The notes beneath the pieces were generated by a model that saw only the letters and a list, made by a program, of their open reading frames with translations, did no database searches and was not told the DNA's origin. Position numbers and translations under genes: made by a program. Positions 9,169-18,426 of a DNA stretch of 64,000 nt are shown here, piece by piece (positions within the stretch are counted from its first letter, which is position 1; every line of letters begins with the position of its first letter). The stretch is from Thermodesulfobacteriota bacterium (GTDB taxonomy: Bacteria; Desulfobacterota; Desulfobulbia; Desulfobulbales; SURF-16): assembly GCA_040755455.1 (NCBI GenBank), contig JBFMAY010000003.1, positions 1-64,000 on the forward strand, in the 5' to 3' direction.

Positions 9169-10512
9169 ATGAAAAAGGTTGCAAAGATTGGTTTGTCTTT
9201 ATTTGCCATGACGGCATTATGGACGTCCGATGCGCTCTGCGCGGGCGGTCCTAAACCGGAGGCTCAGCCAAAGGCAAAAACCATCAAGGAACTGGTTGAC
9301 CGCTATGATTCAAGCGGGTGTATCGAATGCCATCAGGAGATCCATGACCAATGGGCGAATTCGTTGCATTCTCATTCTATTCTGGGCTCGCCAAGAACGG
9401 CGCCGACCATCATCACCGCCATGGAAGTGGGGCTGAAAAATTTCCCCTATTCCGGCGTGAAAGAGGATAAGGACATTACCGTGGAACATCTCAAGATGTG
9501 CACCAAATGTCATCTGCCCCAGCTTGAGGATGCCACCGACGATGTGGCGCGGGAAATTGTCGCCACCATCAAGGGATGGCAGAAGGCCAAAAAGGATGGA
9601 AATGAGAAGCAGTCTGAAGAGCTGGAAGCGACCATTGCCAGCCTGAATATCAATTGCCGGGTCTGCCACAACAAAATGGCCATCATCCATAAATGGGCTG
9701 ACGGTTATGCACAGCCGGATGCGGTTTACGGCTCCAAGGACGGCGACCATGAAGATGAGAAGTTCCCGAAAATGGGCAAGGCTCCGGCCTTGGGTGAATC
9801 GATCTTCTGTGGTCAGTGCCATGGTACAGGACCGAATTTCGAATTGGCGCATCCTTCCCAGTGTGCCACCTTGTACGGCAGCTATCTTTTTGCCTATACC
9901 GCGGAAGGTGGACATGAAACCTGCCAAGATTGTCACATGAAGAAATCCGAACTTGGCCATGACATGCAATCCTATAACAGTGAGGCCATGATCAAGATGG
10001 CCATGGATGTTGAAGTGGACGGCCGCTCCCTGTTCTGGCGCAAAAACAGCGCCGATGGTGTTATTCCCATGGGCATCATCAATGTTGAATTGACCAATAA
10101 GGCAGGACACACCATCCCTGATGGCTGACCCACTCCTAATAGGCTGGTCCTGGATGTGACTGCCAAAACAACGGATGGGAAAGATGTATACAAGAATCAG
10201 ATTATTTACATGCCCTACCCTGCCCGCATGGGTCGAGGGGCTGAAATGGGCAGGGGACCATATGAAAAGAGCGGTCTCTTGCGTGAAACGAGTCTGCCGC
10301 CGCTGAAAACCGTGCGTGAGACCTTTGAAATTCCCTATCCTTATACTGATGTCGTAAAGGATGGCAAAAAAACCAGGGAACTGGTAAATGACGAACTTGT
10401 TGTCGATGTTAAAGTCTGGTATGTGCCGTTTGGCGAATTTGAAGGCCATGAGGTCATTTTCTTTGAGGAAGAAAAGAAACTTGATCTGAAGACAGAGTGG
10501 GTTTGGAGGTAG
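9169..10512 (+). CDS. Exported pentaheme c-type cytochrome selenoprotein (ExtKL-like), in-frame UGA at 10126-10128 read as Sec (U320), 447 aa
   Basis: RBS AAGGAGG before ATG 9169, signal peptide, five CxxCH (CIECH, CTKCH, CRVCH, CGQCH, CQDCH). After GHTIPDG-TGA the frame continues open (PTPNRLVLDVTAK..) to TAG 10512, with a hairpin directly after the TGA. Confidence 0.85.
10131..10158 (+). promoter_or_regulatory. Putative bacterial SECIS element
   Basis: CAC/GUG and UCC/GGA lower stem, UAAU bulge, AGG/CCU upper stem, G-containing apical loop CUGGU starting 16 nt after the UGA (folded by eye). Confidence 0.65.
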
Positions 10513-10521
10513 ATGCGCGCA

Positions 10522-10568
10522 AGACAGGAGTCAGAATCATAAGAATATTTAGAATCTGACTCCTGTCT
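10522..10568. repeat. 14-bp inverted repeat (hairpin) just after the cytochrome stop
   Basis: AGACAGGAGTCAGA (10522-10535) and TCTGACTCCTGTCT (10555-10568) are exact reverse complements. Confidence 0.75.
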
Positions 10569-11128
10569 GCTGTTGGCAACGAAACCCTGTGCGGTTTTGT
10601 TGCGATAGCATGTCTGCTGGTAAAATGAGACTGTGGAATGAACGCCGAAGAGTAGCTGAGGCCGATCATTTCACAGTCATTCCGAGTTGACTTCTCTCAG
10701 AAACCCTTGTACATCAAGTTTCCACTGCTGTGAAATATTTCCGGAACGAAACACCGCAATCATCGTTAATTCAACCGGTTGCATTTAATATATTATGTTC
10801 CTGATGTGCTGGGTCTTCACCAGAGCTTAAACAGCTTTTCCTTTTAGATAATTCCGATAGGCCTTCCGCAAAGGGTTCCATGCCCCGCAACCACAGGCTG
10901 CTTGTAAATCTGGCAACCTGAATTTTCTGTAATGAATAAGGCGGTCCGCTCAAGGGTTTCCTCGGCTGCGCCGGACAGAGTAGCAGAATTTGCTTGAAAT
11001 AGTTGGAAAAGTATATATAAAGGAGTGAACATTTTCAATCTATCGATAACCTGACATGAAAAGCCTTCCCAGTTTATTTCTGCTATTCCCCACAAAATTT
11101 AAAAAATAGTTTTTAAAAGGAATGAATC

Positions 11129-11824
11129 GTGCAAGAAGTTAATATTTTCGCTATGTTCTGGAATGCAGGACTTGTGGTAAAATTCGTCATGCTCCTGCTC
11201 CTCTTTTTCTCGGTTATGTCCTGGACCATCGTTTTTCAGAAATTTCTGCTTTTTAAGAAAGTACACAATGAGTCACGGGTATTTCTTGATAACTTCTGGA
11301 GAAGTAAAAATCTTGCCGAGGCTTATAAGACAGCGCTTGAAACTTCACTCTGTCCCGAGGCTGCAATTTTCAGATCCGGCTACGCTGAACTGCAGAAAAT
11401 CGGCAAGAAAAAGAGTACCGAAGAAATGCAGACTTTGGAAATGCGCCTGGCAGGCATGAACAACCTCAAGAGGGTCTTGCAAAAAGCGGTGGGCAGGGAA
11501 TCCTTTCAACTCAGCAAGTCACTTTCGTTTCTGGCCACAGCAGGAAGCTCAACGCCCTTCATCGGCCTTTTCGGCACAGTATGGGGCATCATGGCATCCT
11601 TTAAAGAAATAGGCGCCAGAGGGTCGGCATCCTTGGCCGTTGTCGCCCCCGGCATTTCCGAGGCTCTTGTTGCCACGGCGGCAGGTCTTGCTGTAGCAAT
11701 TCCTGCTGTAATCTTTTACAACTTTTATTCGAACCAGATTGATACGTTCGAGGGAAAGATGGAAAGCTTCAGTGCTGATTTTTTAAACCTTGTGGAAAGA
11801 GATCTTATTTCACGGAATCAATAA
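11129..11824 (+). CDS. tolQ: Tol-Pal system protein TolQ
   Basis: MotA/TolQ/ExbB motifs TPFIGLFGTVWGIM and VVAPGISEALVATAAGLAVAIPA. GTG start. Confidence 0.95.
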   Translation: MQEVNIFAMFWNAGLVVKFVMLLLLFFSVMSWTIVFQKFLLFKKVHNESRVFLDNFWRSKNLAEAYKTALETSLCPEAAIFRSGYAELQKIGKKKSTEEMQTLEMRLAGMNNLKRVLQKAVGRESFQLSKSLSFLATAGSSTPFIGLFGTVWGIMASFKEIGARGSASLAVVAPGISEALVATAAGLAVAIPAVIFYNFYSNQIDTFEGKMESFSADFLNLVERDLISRNQ

Positions 11825-11830
11825 AAGAAT

Positions 11831-12250
11831 ATGGGACCGATTCAAAAAAAAGGCAAACGCGGACTGGTATCAGATATTAATGTTACCCCGCTGGTGGATG
11901 TTATGCTGGTGCTTCTGATCATTTTCATGGTAACAGCACCGATGATGACACAGGGGGTTGATGTCAACCTGCCGGAGACGACCGCCAAACCCTTGCGTCA
12001 GGACGAAAATCCTGTAATTATATCTATTGATCAGGAAGGTGGAATAGCGCTGGGGAAAATCAAGGCTGATGGTAAACTTCTACGCCAGGAGCTGCAAAAA
12101 CTGGCGCTCACAGATCAGGACAAAACCATACTGCTGAAGGCTGACAAAAATGTCCCCTATGGTGTTGTGGCGCAGGTAATGGCCGATGTGAAGGATGCAG
12201 GCTTTAACAAGCTCGGCATGGTAACCTTGCCGGTGGAGATGAAACGCTGA
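11831..12250 (+). CDS. tolR: Tol-Pal system protein TolR
   Basis: DINVTPLVDVMLVLLIIFMVTAP, KADKNVPYG. Confidence 0.95.
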   Translation: MGPIQKKGKRGLVSDINVTPLVDVMLVLLIIFMVTAPMMTQGVDVNLPETTAKPLRQDENPVIISIDQEGGIALGKIKADGKLLRQELQKLALTDQDKTILLKADKNVPYGVVAQVMADVKDAGFNKLGMVTLPVEMKR

Positions 12251-12253
12251 GCC

Positions 12254-13243
12254 ATGTCACCATTCGCAGACGCACCTTGCGAGCAAGGCAGATTCGTCAC
12301 GATTGAAAGTTACACCGTTGAGCACAGGAGAAAGCCCTTTGTTCTGGCCCTAGCTGTTCATTTATTGATTGTCATCATAATGCTGCTTCCAGCCTCAATT
12401 TTTGACTTTAGCCGCGATCGTGAAGAGATTTACACGGTTAATCTCTTTGAGGCAGTCGAATCTCAACCTGCCAAGGAAGTAGCAAAACCTCCTGCAGAGG
12501 TTAAAAAGAAGGAAGAGATTCCACCACCGCCTCCGCCTGAGGTAAAAAAAATTGAAGCGCCGCCGATAAAACCACCGGTAGTTGCAGAAAAAATAGAACC
12601 GGTTATTGCAACAGAAACAGAGAGCAGCGCCCCGGCAGAGGTTGTCAGCCTCAAGCCTCGCCTGGTAAAAAAGGATGTAAAACCAAAAAAGGTTGACAAG
12701 AAAGAAGACATTAAAGAAGACATTAAGGTCGACCAGGCCCTTAATCGCATAAAAAATGAACTCAACAGGAAGCAGGCTGAAAAGAAAGCCAAGGAGATGC
12801 AGGCAGTCGCAACAGCTGCTGTTGATGATGCCGTGGCAAAAATACGTGAATCAATCCATGCGCAGCGCATGTTAGCATCGACGTCATCTGCACAAACATC
12901 GACTAAACCTTCTTCTGCTGGCGGTTCCGGCGCCAGTGATGCGAAACTCGATGCTGCCTTGAAACTTTACTATGTGGCCGTATCACAAAAAATACATGAA
13001 CATTGGATGCTTCCTGAACTGCAGGAGTGGAAAAAAGACCTGAAGGCTGTGGTGGTTGTCGAGGTGCGCCGAGATGGTGAGGTAACCAAATATGAATTTG
13101 AGCAGAAATCAGGTAATATTTATTTTGATCAATTTGTGGAAAAAACATTAAAAGAGTCGCTGCCTTTACCCCCCTTCCCTGCTGATTTAGACGAATCAAG
13201 CCTGGAAATCGGGCTTGTTTTTCATCCCAGCGGCTTACAATAA
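12254..13243 (+). CDS. tolA: TolA/TonB-like energy transducer
   Basis: N-terminal TM with AVH, Pro/Lys/Glu-rich linker, TonB_C-like C-terminus (KSGNIYFDQ..PLPPFP). Lies between tolR and tolB. Confidence 0.82.
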   Translation: MSPFADAPCEQGRFVTIESYTVEHRRKPFVLALAVHLLIVIIMLLPASIFDFSRDREEIYTVNLFEAVESQPAKEVAKPPAEVKKKEEIPPPPPPEVKKIEAPPIKPPVVAEKIEPVIATETESSAPAEVVSLKPRLVKKDVKPKKVDKKEDIKEDIKVDQALNRIKNELNRKQAEKKAKEMQAVATAAVDDAVAKIRESIHAQRMLASTSSAQTSTKPSSAGGSGASDAKLDAALKLYYVAVSQKIHEHWMLPELQEWKKDLKAVVVVEVRRDGEVTKYEFEQKSGNIYFDQFVEKTLKESLPLPPFPADLDESSLEIGLVFHPSGLQ

Positions 13244-13259
13244 ATTCAATTGAAAAATT

Positions 13260-14543
13260 ATGAAACAGAGACTGATAGCATTACTGGCCATGTTGTTTAT
13301 TTTACCCTTTGCCGATGCCTGGGCAGGCAAAAGGGTGAATCTTGATATTACCTCGGCGGAATTCAGGAAGATTCCGGTGGCCGTTCCCTATTTCCAGAAC
13401 AAAAACCGGCCGGAGGCCGTGCAGCAGGCCGACCGGGACCTTGCCGTGCTGGCTGCCAAGGCCTTGGATTTTCATGGATTTATCCAGACCATCCCTGTCT
13501 CATCCTATGGAGGACGCCAGGACGCCGACTGGAAAAACGTTGGGGCGGATTTCACTATAATCGGCCAGTATGAGGTCAGTGGCGACAACGTCGTGATGGA
13601 AATGCGCCTCAATAATGTTCTTGAAGGGAAAATGATCCTTGGGCGCAAATATACCTTCCCCTGGAATAAAAGCAGAAAGATGATCCTCAAATTCTGTGAT
13701 GAGGTTATTGAAAAACTGACAGGCATTCCCGGCGTAAGTGAGACCAAGATCGCCTTTGTTTCTGACACCACCGGGAAGAAGGAAATTTACCTGGCGGATA
13801 TCTTCGGCGATTCCGTTCGTCAGGTGACACGGCATAAGTACCTGGCTGTTTCCCCACGTTTCTCTCCTGACAACTCGAAGCTGACCTATACGTCTTACCA
13901 CCGCGGCAATGCCAATCTTTACATTACTGATCTGTCCCAGGACAAGACAACACAGGCCCTTTCTCGAAGAGTCGGACTGAACATGGCTCCTGCCTGGTCC
14001 CCGAATGGCAGAACACTTGTTGCCACATTGAGTAAAGACGGCAACCCGGACCTTTATCAACTCACCCTGGACGGCTCAATTGTGCGCAGGCTGACAGTCA
14101 ATGAAGGAATCAATGTTTCTCCGAATTTTTCTCCTGATGGGCAGCAACTTGTTTTTGTCTCCGATCGGACCGGCGAACCGCAAATCTATATTATGGACTT
14201 TAATACCGGTGCTACCCGCAGGATTACCTACCAGGGCTCTGAAAACACTACTCCGGCCTGGTCTCCTGACGGCAAATGGATTGTCTATACCTGTAAATAC
14301 GAAGGTCAATATCAACTTTTTAAAATCGCCCCGGATGGAGGCAGTCCAATACAGTTAACCACCTCCGCCGGTGACCATGAAGCGCCGAGCTGGTCCCCGG
14401 ATTCGCGACTAATTGTTTTCAGCAGATCAGTAAGTGGCAAAAAAAAGCTGTATGTTATTTCCCAGAGTGGCAGGGACATGCGGCAATTATATTCACTTGA
14501 CGGGAACCAGACGACCCCCCAGTGGTCAAACAGGGTAAACTAA
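13260..14543 (+). CDS. tolB: Tol-Pal beta-propeller protein TolB
   Basis: Signal peptide, TolB_N (KIPVAVP), repeated PD40 motifs (PRFSPD, PAWSPN, PNFSPDG, PAWSPDG, PSWSPD). Confidence 0.95.
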   Translation: MKQRLIALLAMLFILPFADAWAGKRVNLDITSAEFRKIPVAVPYFQNKNRPEAVQQADRDLAVLAAKALDFHGFIQTIPVSSYGGRQDADWKNVGADFTIIGQYEVSGDNVVMEMRLNNVLEGKMILGRKYTFPWNKSRKMILKFCDEVIEKLTGIPGVSETKIAFVSDTTGKKEIYLADIFGDSVRQVTRHKYLAVSPRFSPDNSKLTYTSYHRGNANLYITDLSQDKTTQALSRRVGLNMAPAWSPNGRTLVATLSKDGNPDLYQLTLDGSIVRRLTVNEGINVSPNFSPDGQQLVFVSDRTGEPQIYIMDFNTGATRRITYQGSENTTPAWSPDGKWIVYTCKYEGQYQLFKIAPDGGSPIQLTTSAGDHEAPSWSPDSRLIVFSRSVSGKKKLYVISQSGRDMRQLYSLDGNQTTPQWSNRVN

Positions 14544-14621
14544 ACCACAAGCATCCCGCATGTTGTGTTGCATTGGCATTAACTCTTTCCTTTGTTGGAT
14601 TCATAAAGACAAAAAGAGGAC

Positions 14622-15650
14622 ATGATGAAGAAATATCGCTCTTGCTATCATCTTTCGATTTTGGCAGCCGGCCTGTTACCCCTTCTTGCCGGTTGTGTGA
14701 CGGATCAGGATTTCCGCAGTCTTGAGATGCAAGTTCGTAGTATGGATAACAGAATGGTGGAACTTGAAAATGATGTCCAGACGCTGCAGAAGGGTGCGGG
14801 ATCGTCGGTTGAAGTCATGAAAAAACAGCAGGCCGGGCTGAGTAACAATCTGGACCGTATTAACACGGAACTGCTTCAGGTAAAGGGGCAGTTGGACGAA
14901 TCCCGCCATCGCTATCGTAATCTGCAGGATGAAAATAAGAACCTGCAGGAGCAACTCAAGACAGTACAGCAACAAACCGAACAGAAAACCGGTGAATTAC
15001 AGGAAAGAATCGGCACGGTGGAATCAAGCACCACGGAGATTGATTCCAAGTTGTCAACGGTGCATTCCAACCTGACGGATATGAAAGAATCACAGGCTGT
15101 TGCTGCCGCCAGGGCGGCTGAGGAGGCCAGAAAAAAAGCGGAAGCGGCAAGCAAAAGCACTCAACCCCATGAAATAGCCCCGGAAAAAACGAAAAAAACA
15201 GCTGCCGAGGCAAAACAGCAGCCACGCCAGGAGTACAGTTCGCCAGAGCCGATCCAGAGCCAGAGCAGCGGCGGCACCGGACAGAAGACCTATGATCAGG
15301 CTTTGGAGCTTTTTAAAGCAAAAAAATACAAGGAATCGCAGGAGCTGTTCAGTGAATTCATCAAAAAGAATCCCAGTAATGATCTGGCGGTCAATGCCCG
15401 TTTCTGGGTGGGCGATTGCCTGTTCAACCAGAATGAATTTGCCCTAGCCATTCTTGAATATCAGAATGTCATAGCTGATTTCCCGAATCACATCAAAGCT
15501 CCTGCCGCGTTATACAAGCAAGGGATGGCTTTTGAGAAATTACAGGACACCGATACGGCGAAGATTGTCTACAAAAAGATTATTGCTGAATATCCGAAAA
15601 GCGATCAGGTTGAAGCGTCGAAAAAAAGGCTCGAAGAACTCTCCAAATAA
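14622..15650 (+). CDS. cpoB: Tol-Pal system protein CpoB/YbgF (lipoprotein, coiled coil plus TPR)
   Basis: Lipobox LAGC, coiled coil, TPRs (NARFWVG, KAPAALYKQG, YPKS). Confidence 0.88.
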   Translation: MMKKYRSCYHLSILAAGLLPLLAGCVTDQDFRSLEMQVRSMDNRMVELENDVQTLQKGAGSSVEVMKKQQAGLSNNLDRINTELLQVKGQLDESRHRYRNLQDENKNLQEQLKTVQQQTEQKTGELQERIGTVESSTTEIDSKLSTVHSNLTDMKESQAVAAARAAEEARKKAEAASKSTQPHEIAPEKTKKTAAEAKQQPRQEYSSPEPIQSQSSGGTGQKTYDQALELFKAKKYKESQELFSEFIKKNPSNDLAVNARFWVGDCLFNQNEFALAILEYQNVIADFPNHIKAPAALYKQGMAFEKLQDTDTAKIVYKKIIAEYPKSDQVEASKKRLEELSK

Positions 15651-15682
15651 AATCACCTGCCTGCTCTGCACAAACAGGATAA

Positions 15683-15736
15683 ACCCCATAAAAAAAGGGC
15701 CGGAGGAAATACCTTCGGCCCTTTTTTTTATGGGGT
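15683..15736. terminator. Bidirectional intrinsic terminator
   Basis: ACCCCATAAAAAAAGGGCCGGAGG-aaata-CCTTCGGCCCTTTTTTTTATGGGGT between convergent cpoB and ppsA. Confidence 0.9.
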
Positions 15737-15761
15737 GGAAAAATCTGTGAGCGAGTGCCGC

Positions 15762-18215
15762 TTACTTAGGACTGATCCCCAGCTCTTTTTCTTTTTTGGC
15801 CACCGCCAGTCTGGTTTTGATCGCTGTATCCGGGATGAGACTCATGGAGTCAATGCCGCACTCAACCAGGAAGGTGGCAAACTCGGGGAAATCACTTGGA
15901 GCTTGGCCGCAGATGCCGATTTTTTTGCCTCGCCGTCTGGCTGTGTCAATCACCATCTTCACCATGGTTTTTACCGCCTCGTTGCGCTCATCAAAGATAT
16001 GGGCGATAAGATCGGAATCCCTGTCAAGACCAAGGGTGAGCTGGGTAAGATCGTTTGAGCCGATGGAAAAGCCGTCAAAGACATCGGCAAAGGCATCAGC
16101 CGAAATGACGTTGCTGGGGATTTCGCACATCACATAAATCTCCAGGCCGTTTTCGCCCTGCACAAGACCGCAGTCCTTCATGACCTCAATGACCTTCTTG
16201 CCTTCTGCCGGGGTACGGCAGAAGGGCACCATCAGTTTGATATTGGTCAAACCCATATCATTGCGGGCCTTGAGCAGCGCCTGGCACTCAAGCTCAAAAG
16301 CCGGCCGGTATTTCGGGTCATAATAGCGGGAGGCGCCGCGCCAGCCAATCATCGGGTTGCTCTCTTCCGGTTCATAGAGTTTGCCTCCGACCAGATTGGC
16401 GTACTCGTTGCTCTTGAAGTCGGACAGACGGACGATGACATCTTTCGGGTAAAAACCGGCGCCGATCCGGCCCACGCCTTCGGCAAGCTTATCGATAAAA
16501 AACTGTTTCTTGTCATCAGGATAGGCGGTTGTTTTCTTTTCGATCTCTCTTACCACTTCGGCGATTTTCGGATCACCCGCTGCCTTGGCTTTCAAATCGG
16601 CGAAGTTGTAAAGGGCCATGGGATGAATGCCGATGTGGGAGTTGATAATGAATTCCTCCCTGGCCAACCCAACACCATCATTGGGAATTTGGCCTTCGGA
16701 AAAGGCCTTTTCCGGAATACCGACATTCATCATGATTTTGGTGCGGGTGGCAGGAACTGAATCAAGATCAAGTCTTTCTACCTCGTATTTGAGCAAGCCT
16801 TTATAGATGTAGCCACTCTCTCCTTCAGCACAGGATACGGTTACCTCTGTGCCGGTTTTAATGATTTCCGAACCGTTTTCCGTGCCGATGACGCATGGGA
16901 TGCCGAGTTCACGGGAAATGATTGCGGCATGGCAGGTACGTCCGCCACGGTTGGTGACAATGGCGCCGGCGATTTTCATGATCGGTTCCCAGTCAGGATC
17001 GGTCATATCCGTAACCAGGACCTCCCCTTTCTTGAACTGGCCGATCTGGGCTGTATCCTTGATGACATGGGCAATGCCTTGGCCGATTTTCGTGCCTACC
17101 GCCTGCCCTTCCACGATCACTTCCCCCTTTTCCTTCAGGAGGTAAGTTTCCATGGTCTTTTTAGAGGTCTGGGAATGCACTGTTTCCGGTCTTGCCTGGA
17201 CGATGTAAAGCTTGCCGGTTCCGACCCGCACGCCGTCTCCATCCTTGGCCCATTCAATATCCATTGCCTTGCCGTAATGCTCTTCGATGATGCAGGCCCA
17301 TTTGGCCAGCTGCACGACATCATCATCCTTGATAACATAGGTGCCGCGTTCTGCCGGTGTCGTATCAATGTTCTTGACAGGTTCCTTAGTATTCGGGTCA
17401 TTGTCATATATCATCTTCATTTCTTTGCTGCCGAGCCGCTTGCCGACAATGGGCCGTTTGCCCTGTTTCAGGGTTGGCTTGAAAACATAGAACTCATCCG
17501 GGTTAACTGCACCCTGAACAACATTTTCTCCGAGTCCCAAGGCCCCGGTAATGAAGACGGCATCCTGAAAACCGCTTTCGGTATCTATTGAGAACATAAC
17601 CCCGGAAGAGGCGGAATCACTGCGCACCATTTTCTGGACAGTAATGGAAAGATAGACATCAAACTGACCAAAACCTTTATCATGGCGATAGGAAATGGCT
17701 CGGTTGGTAAAAAGGCTGGCAAAACATTTGCGGCAGTTTTCAATAAGATTGTCATAACCGTGAATATTGAGATATGTTTCCTGCTGGCCGGCAAAAGAGG
17801 CATCAGGGAGGTCTTCGGCAGTAGCGGATGAGCGGACAGCCACATCAACATTGGGGCCGTATTCCTCTTCCATCTTCTTATAGGCAACGATGATTTCCTG
17901 ACGAAGATCATCCGGAAATTCGGCATGTCTGATGATGTTTCTCACCTTTTCGCCGCGTTCGGCAAGATTTTTCATATCATGGGTATCAAGATCGGACAAC
18001 ACATCTCTGATAGCAGCCTCAATGCCTGCCTTTTCCAAAAGATATCTATAGGCATAGGCGGTAATGGCAAAACCGTGCGGAACAGCGACTCCTTTTGAAG
18101 TAAGCTTCTGATACATCTCGCCAAGAGATGCATTTTTACCGCCGACCATCGGCACATCCTCAATACCGATATTATCAAACCAGAGAATAAAGGCTGTTTC
18201 GTGAGTTGCTCCCAT
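15762..18215 (-). CDS. ppsA: Phosphoenolpyruvate synthase
   Basis: VGGKNASLGEM, VRSSATAEDLPDASFAGQQET, GGRTCHAAIISRELG phospho-His motif, DGFSIGSNDLTQL. Confidence 0.97.
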   Translation of the reverse strand: MGATHETAFILWFDNIGIEDVPMVGGKNASLGEMYQKLTSKGVAVPHGFAITAYAYRYLLEKAGIEAAIRDVLSDLDTHDMKNLAERGEKVRNIIRHAEFPDDLRQEIIVAYKKMEEEYGPNVDVAVRSSATAEDLPDASFAGQQETYLNIHGYDNLIENCRKCFASLFTNRAISYRHDKGFGQFDVYLSITVQKMVRSDSASSGVMFSIDTESGFQDAVFITGALGLGENVVQGAVNPDEFYVFKPTLKQGKRPIVGKRLGSKEMKMIYDNDPNTKEPVKNIDTTPAERGTYVIKDDDVVQLAKWACIIEEHYGKAMDIEWAKDGDGVRVGTGKLYIVQARPETVHSQTSKKTMETYLLKEKGEVIVEGQAVGTKIGQGIAHVIKDTAQIGQFKKGEVLVTDMTDPDWEPIMKIAGAIVTNRGGRTCHAAIISRELGIPCVIGTENGSEIIKTGTEVTVSCAEGESGYIYKGLLKYEVERLDLDSVPATRTKIMMNVGIPEKAFSEGQIPNDGVGLAREEFIINSHIGIHPMALYNFADLKAKAAGDPKIAEVVREIEKKTTAYPDDKKQFFIDKLAEGVGRIGAGFYPKDVIVRLSDFKSNEYANLVGGKLYEPEESNPMIGWRGASRYYDPKYRPAFELECQALLKARNDMGLTNIKLMVPFCRTPAEGKKVIEVMKDCGLVQGENGLEIYVMCEIPSNVISADAFADVFDGFSIGSNDLTQLTLGLDRDSDLIAHIFDERNEAVKTMVKMVIDTARRRGKKIGICGQAPSDFPEFATFLVECGIDSMSLIPDTAIKTRLAVAKKEKELGISPK

Positions 18216-18315
18216 CTTCTTACTCCTTATGAAGTTGACTTTATTTGGTACTCATCGGTACCCAAAGGTTGCAAATTGATTATTGATTGTAAACAGATAT
18301 GAATAGAGAATTCTA

Positions 18316-18344
18316 TATATAGCTAATCTTATGGGCATGGTCAA
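18316..18344 (-). promoter_or_regulatory. Putative sigma70 promoter of ppsA
   Basis: Minus strand TTGACC-N17-TATATA. Confidence 0.5.
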
Positions 18345-18426
18345 CAAAGAATGTCCTCTCATTTAACCCATTGTTTGAGTAATAAGAGAATGCAGCTCTT
18401 AAGCCGGGTCACAGGGCAACATCATA

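Noticed and set aside
9310..10449. 379-aa antisense ORF across the cytochrome
   Set aside because: No recognisable motifs. It is a shadow of the sense gene, and its spanning of the TGA junction is merely consistent with one continuous sense frame.
10156..10512. Independent 118-aa gene, or pseudogene interpretation of the cytochrome
   Set aside because: In frame with the upstream ORF, open linker, no good RBS, no other lesions and a SECIS-like hairpin. Sec readthrough is more parsimonious, though unproven.
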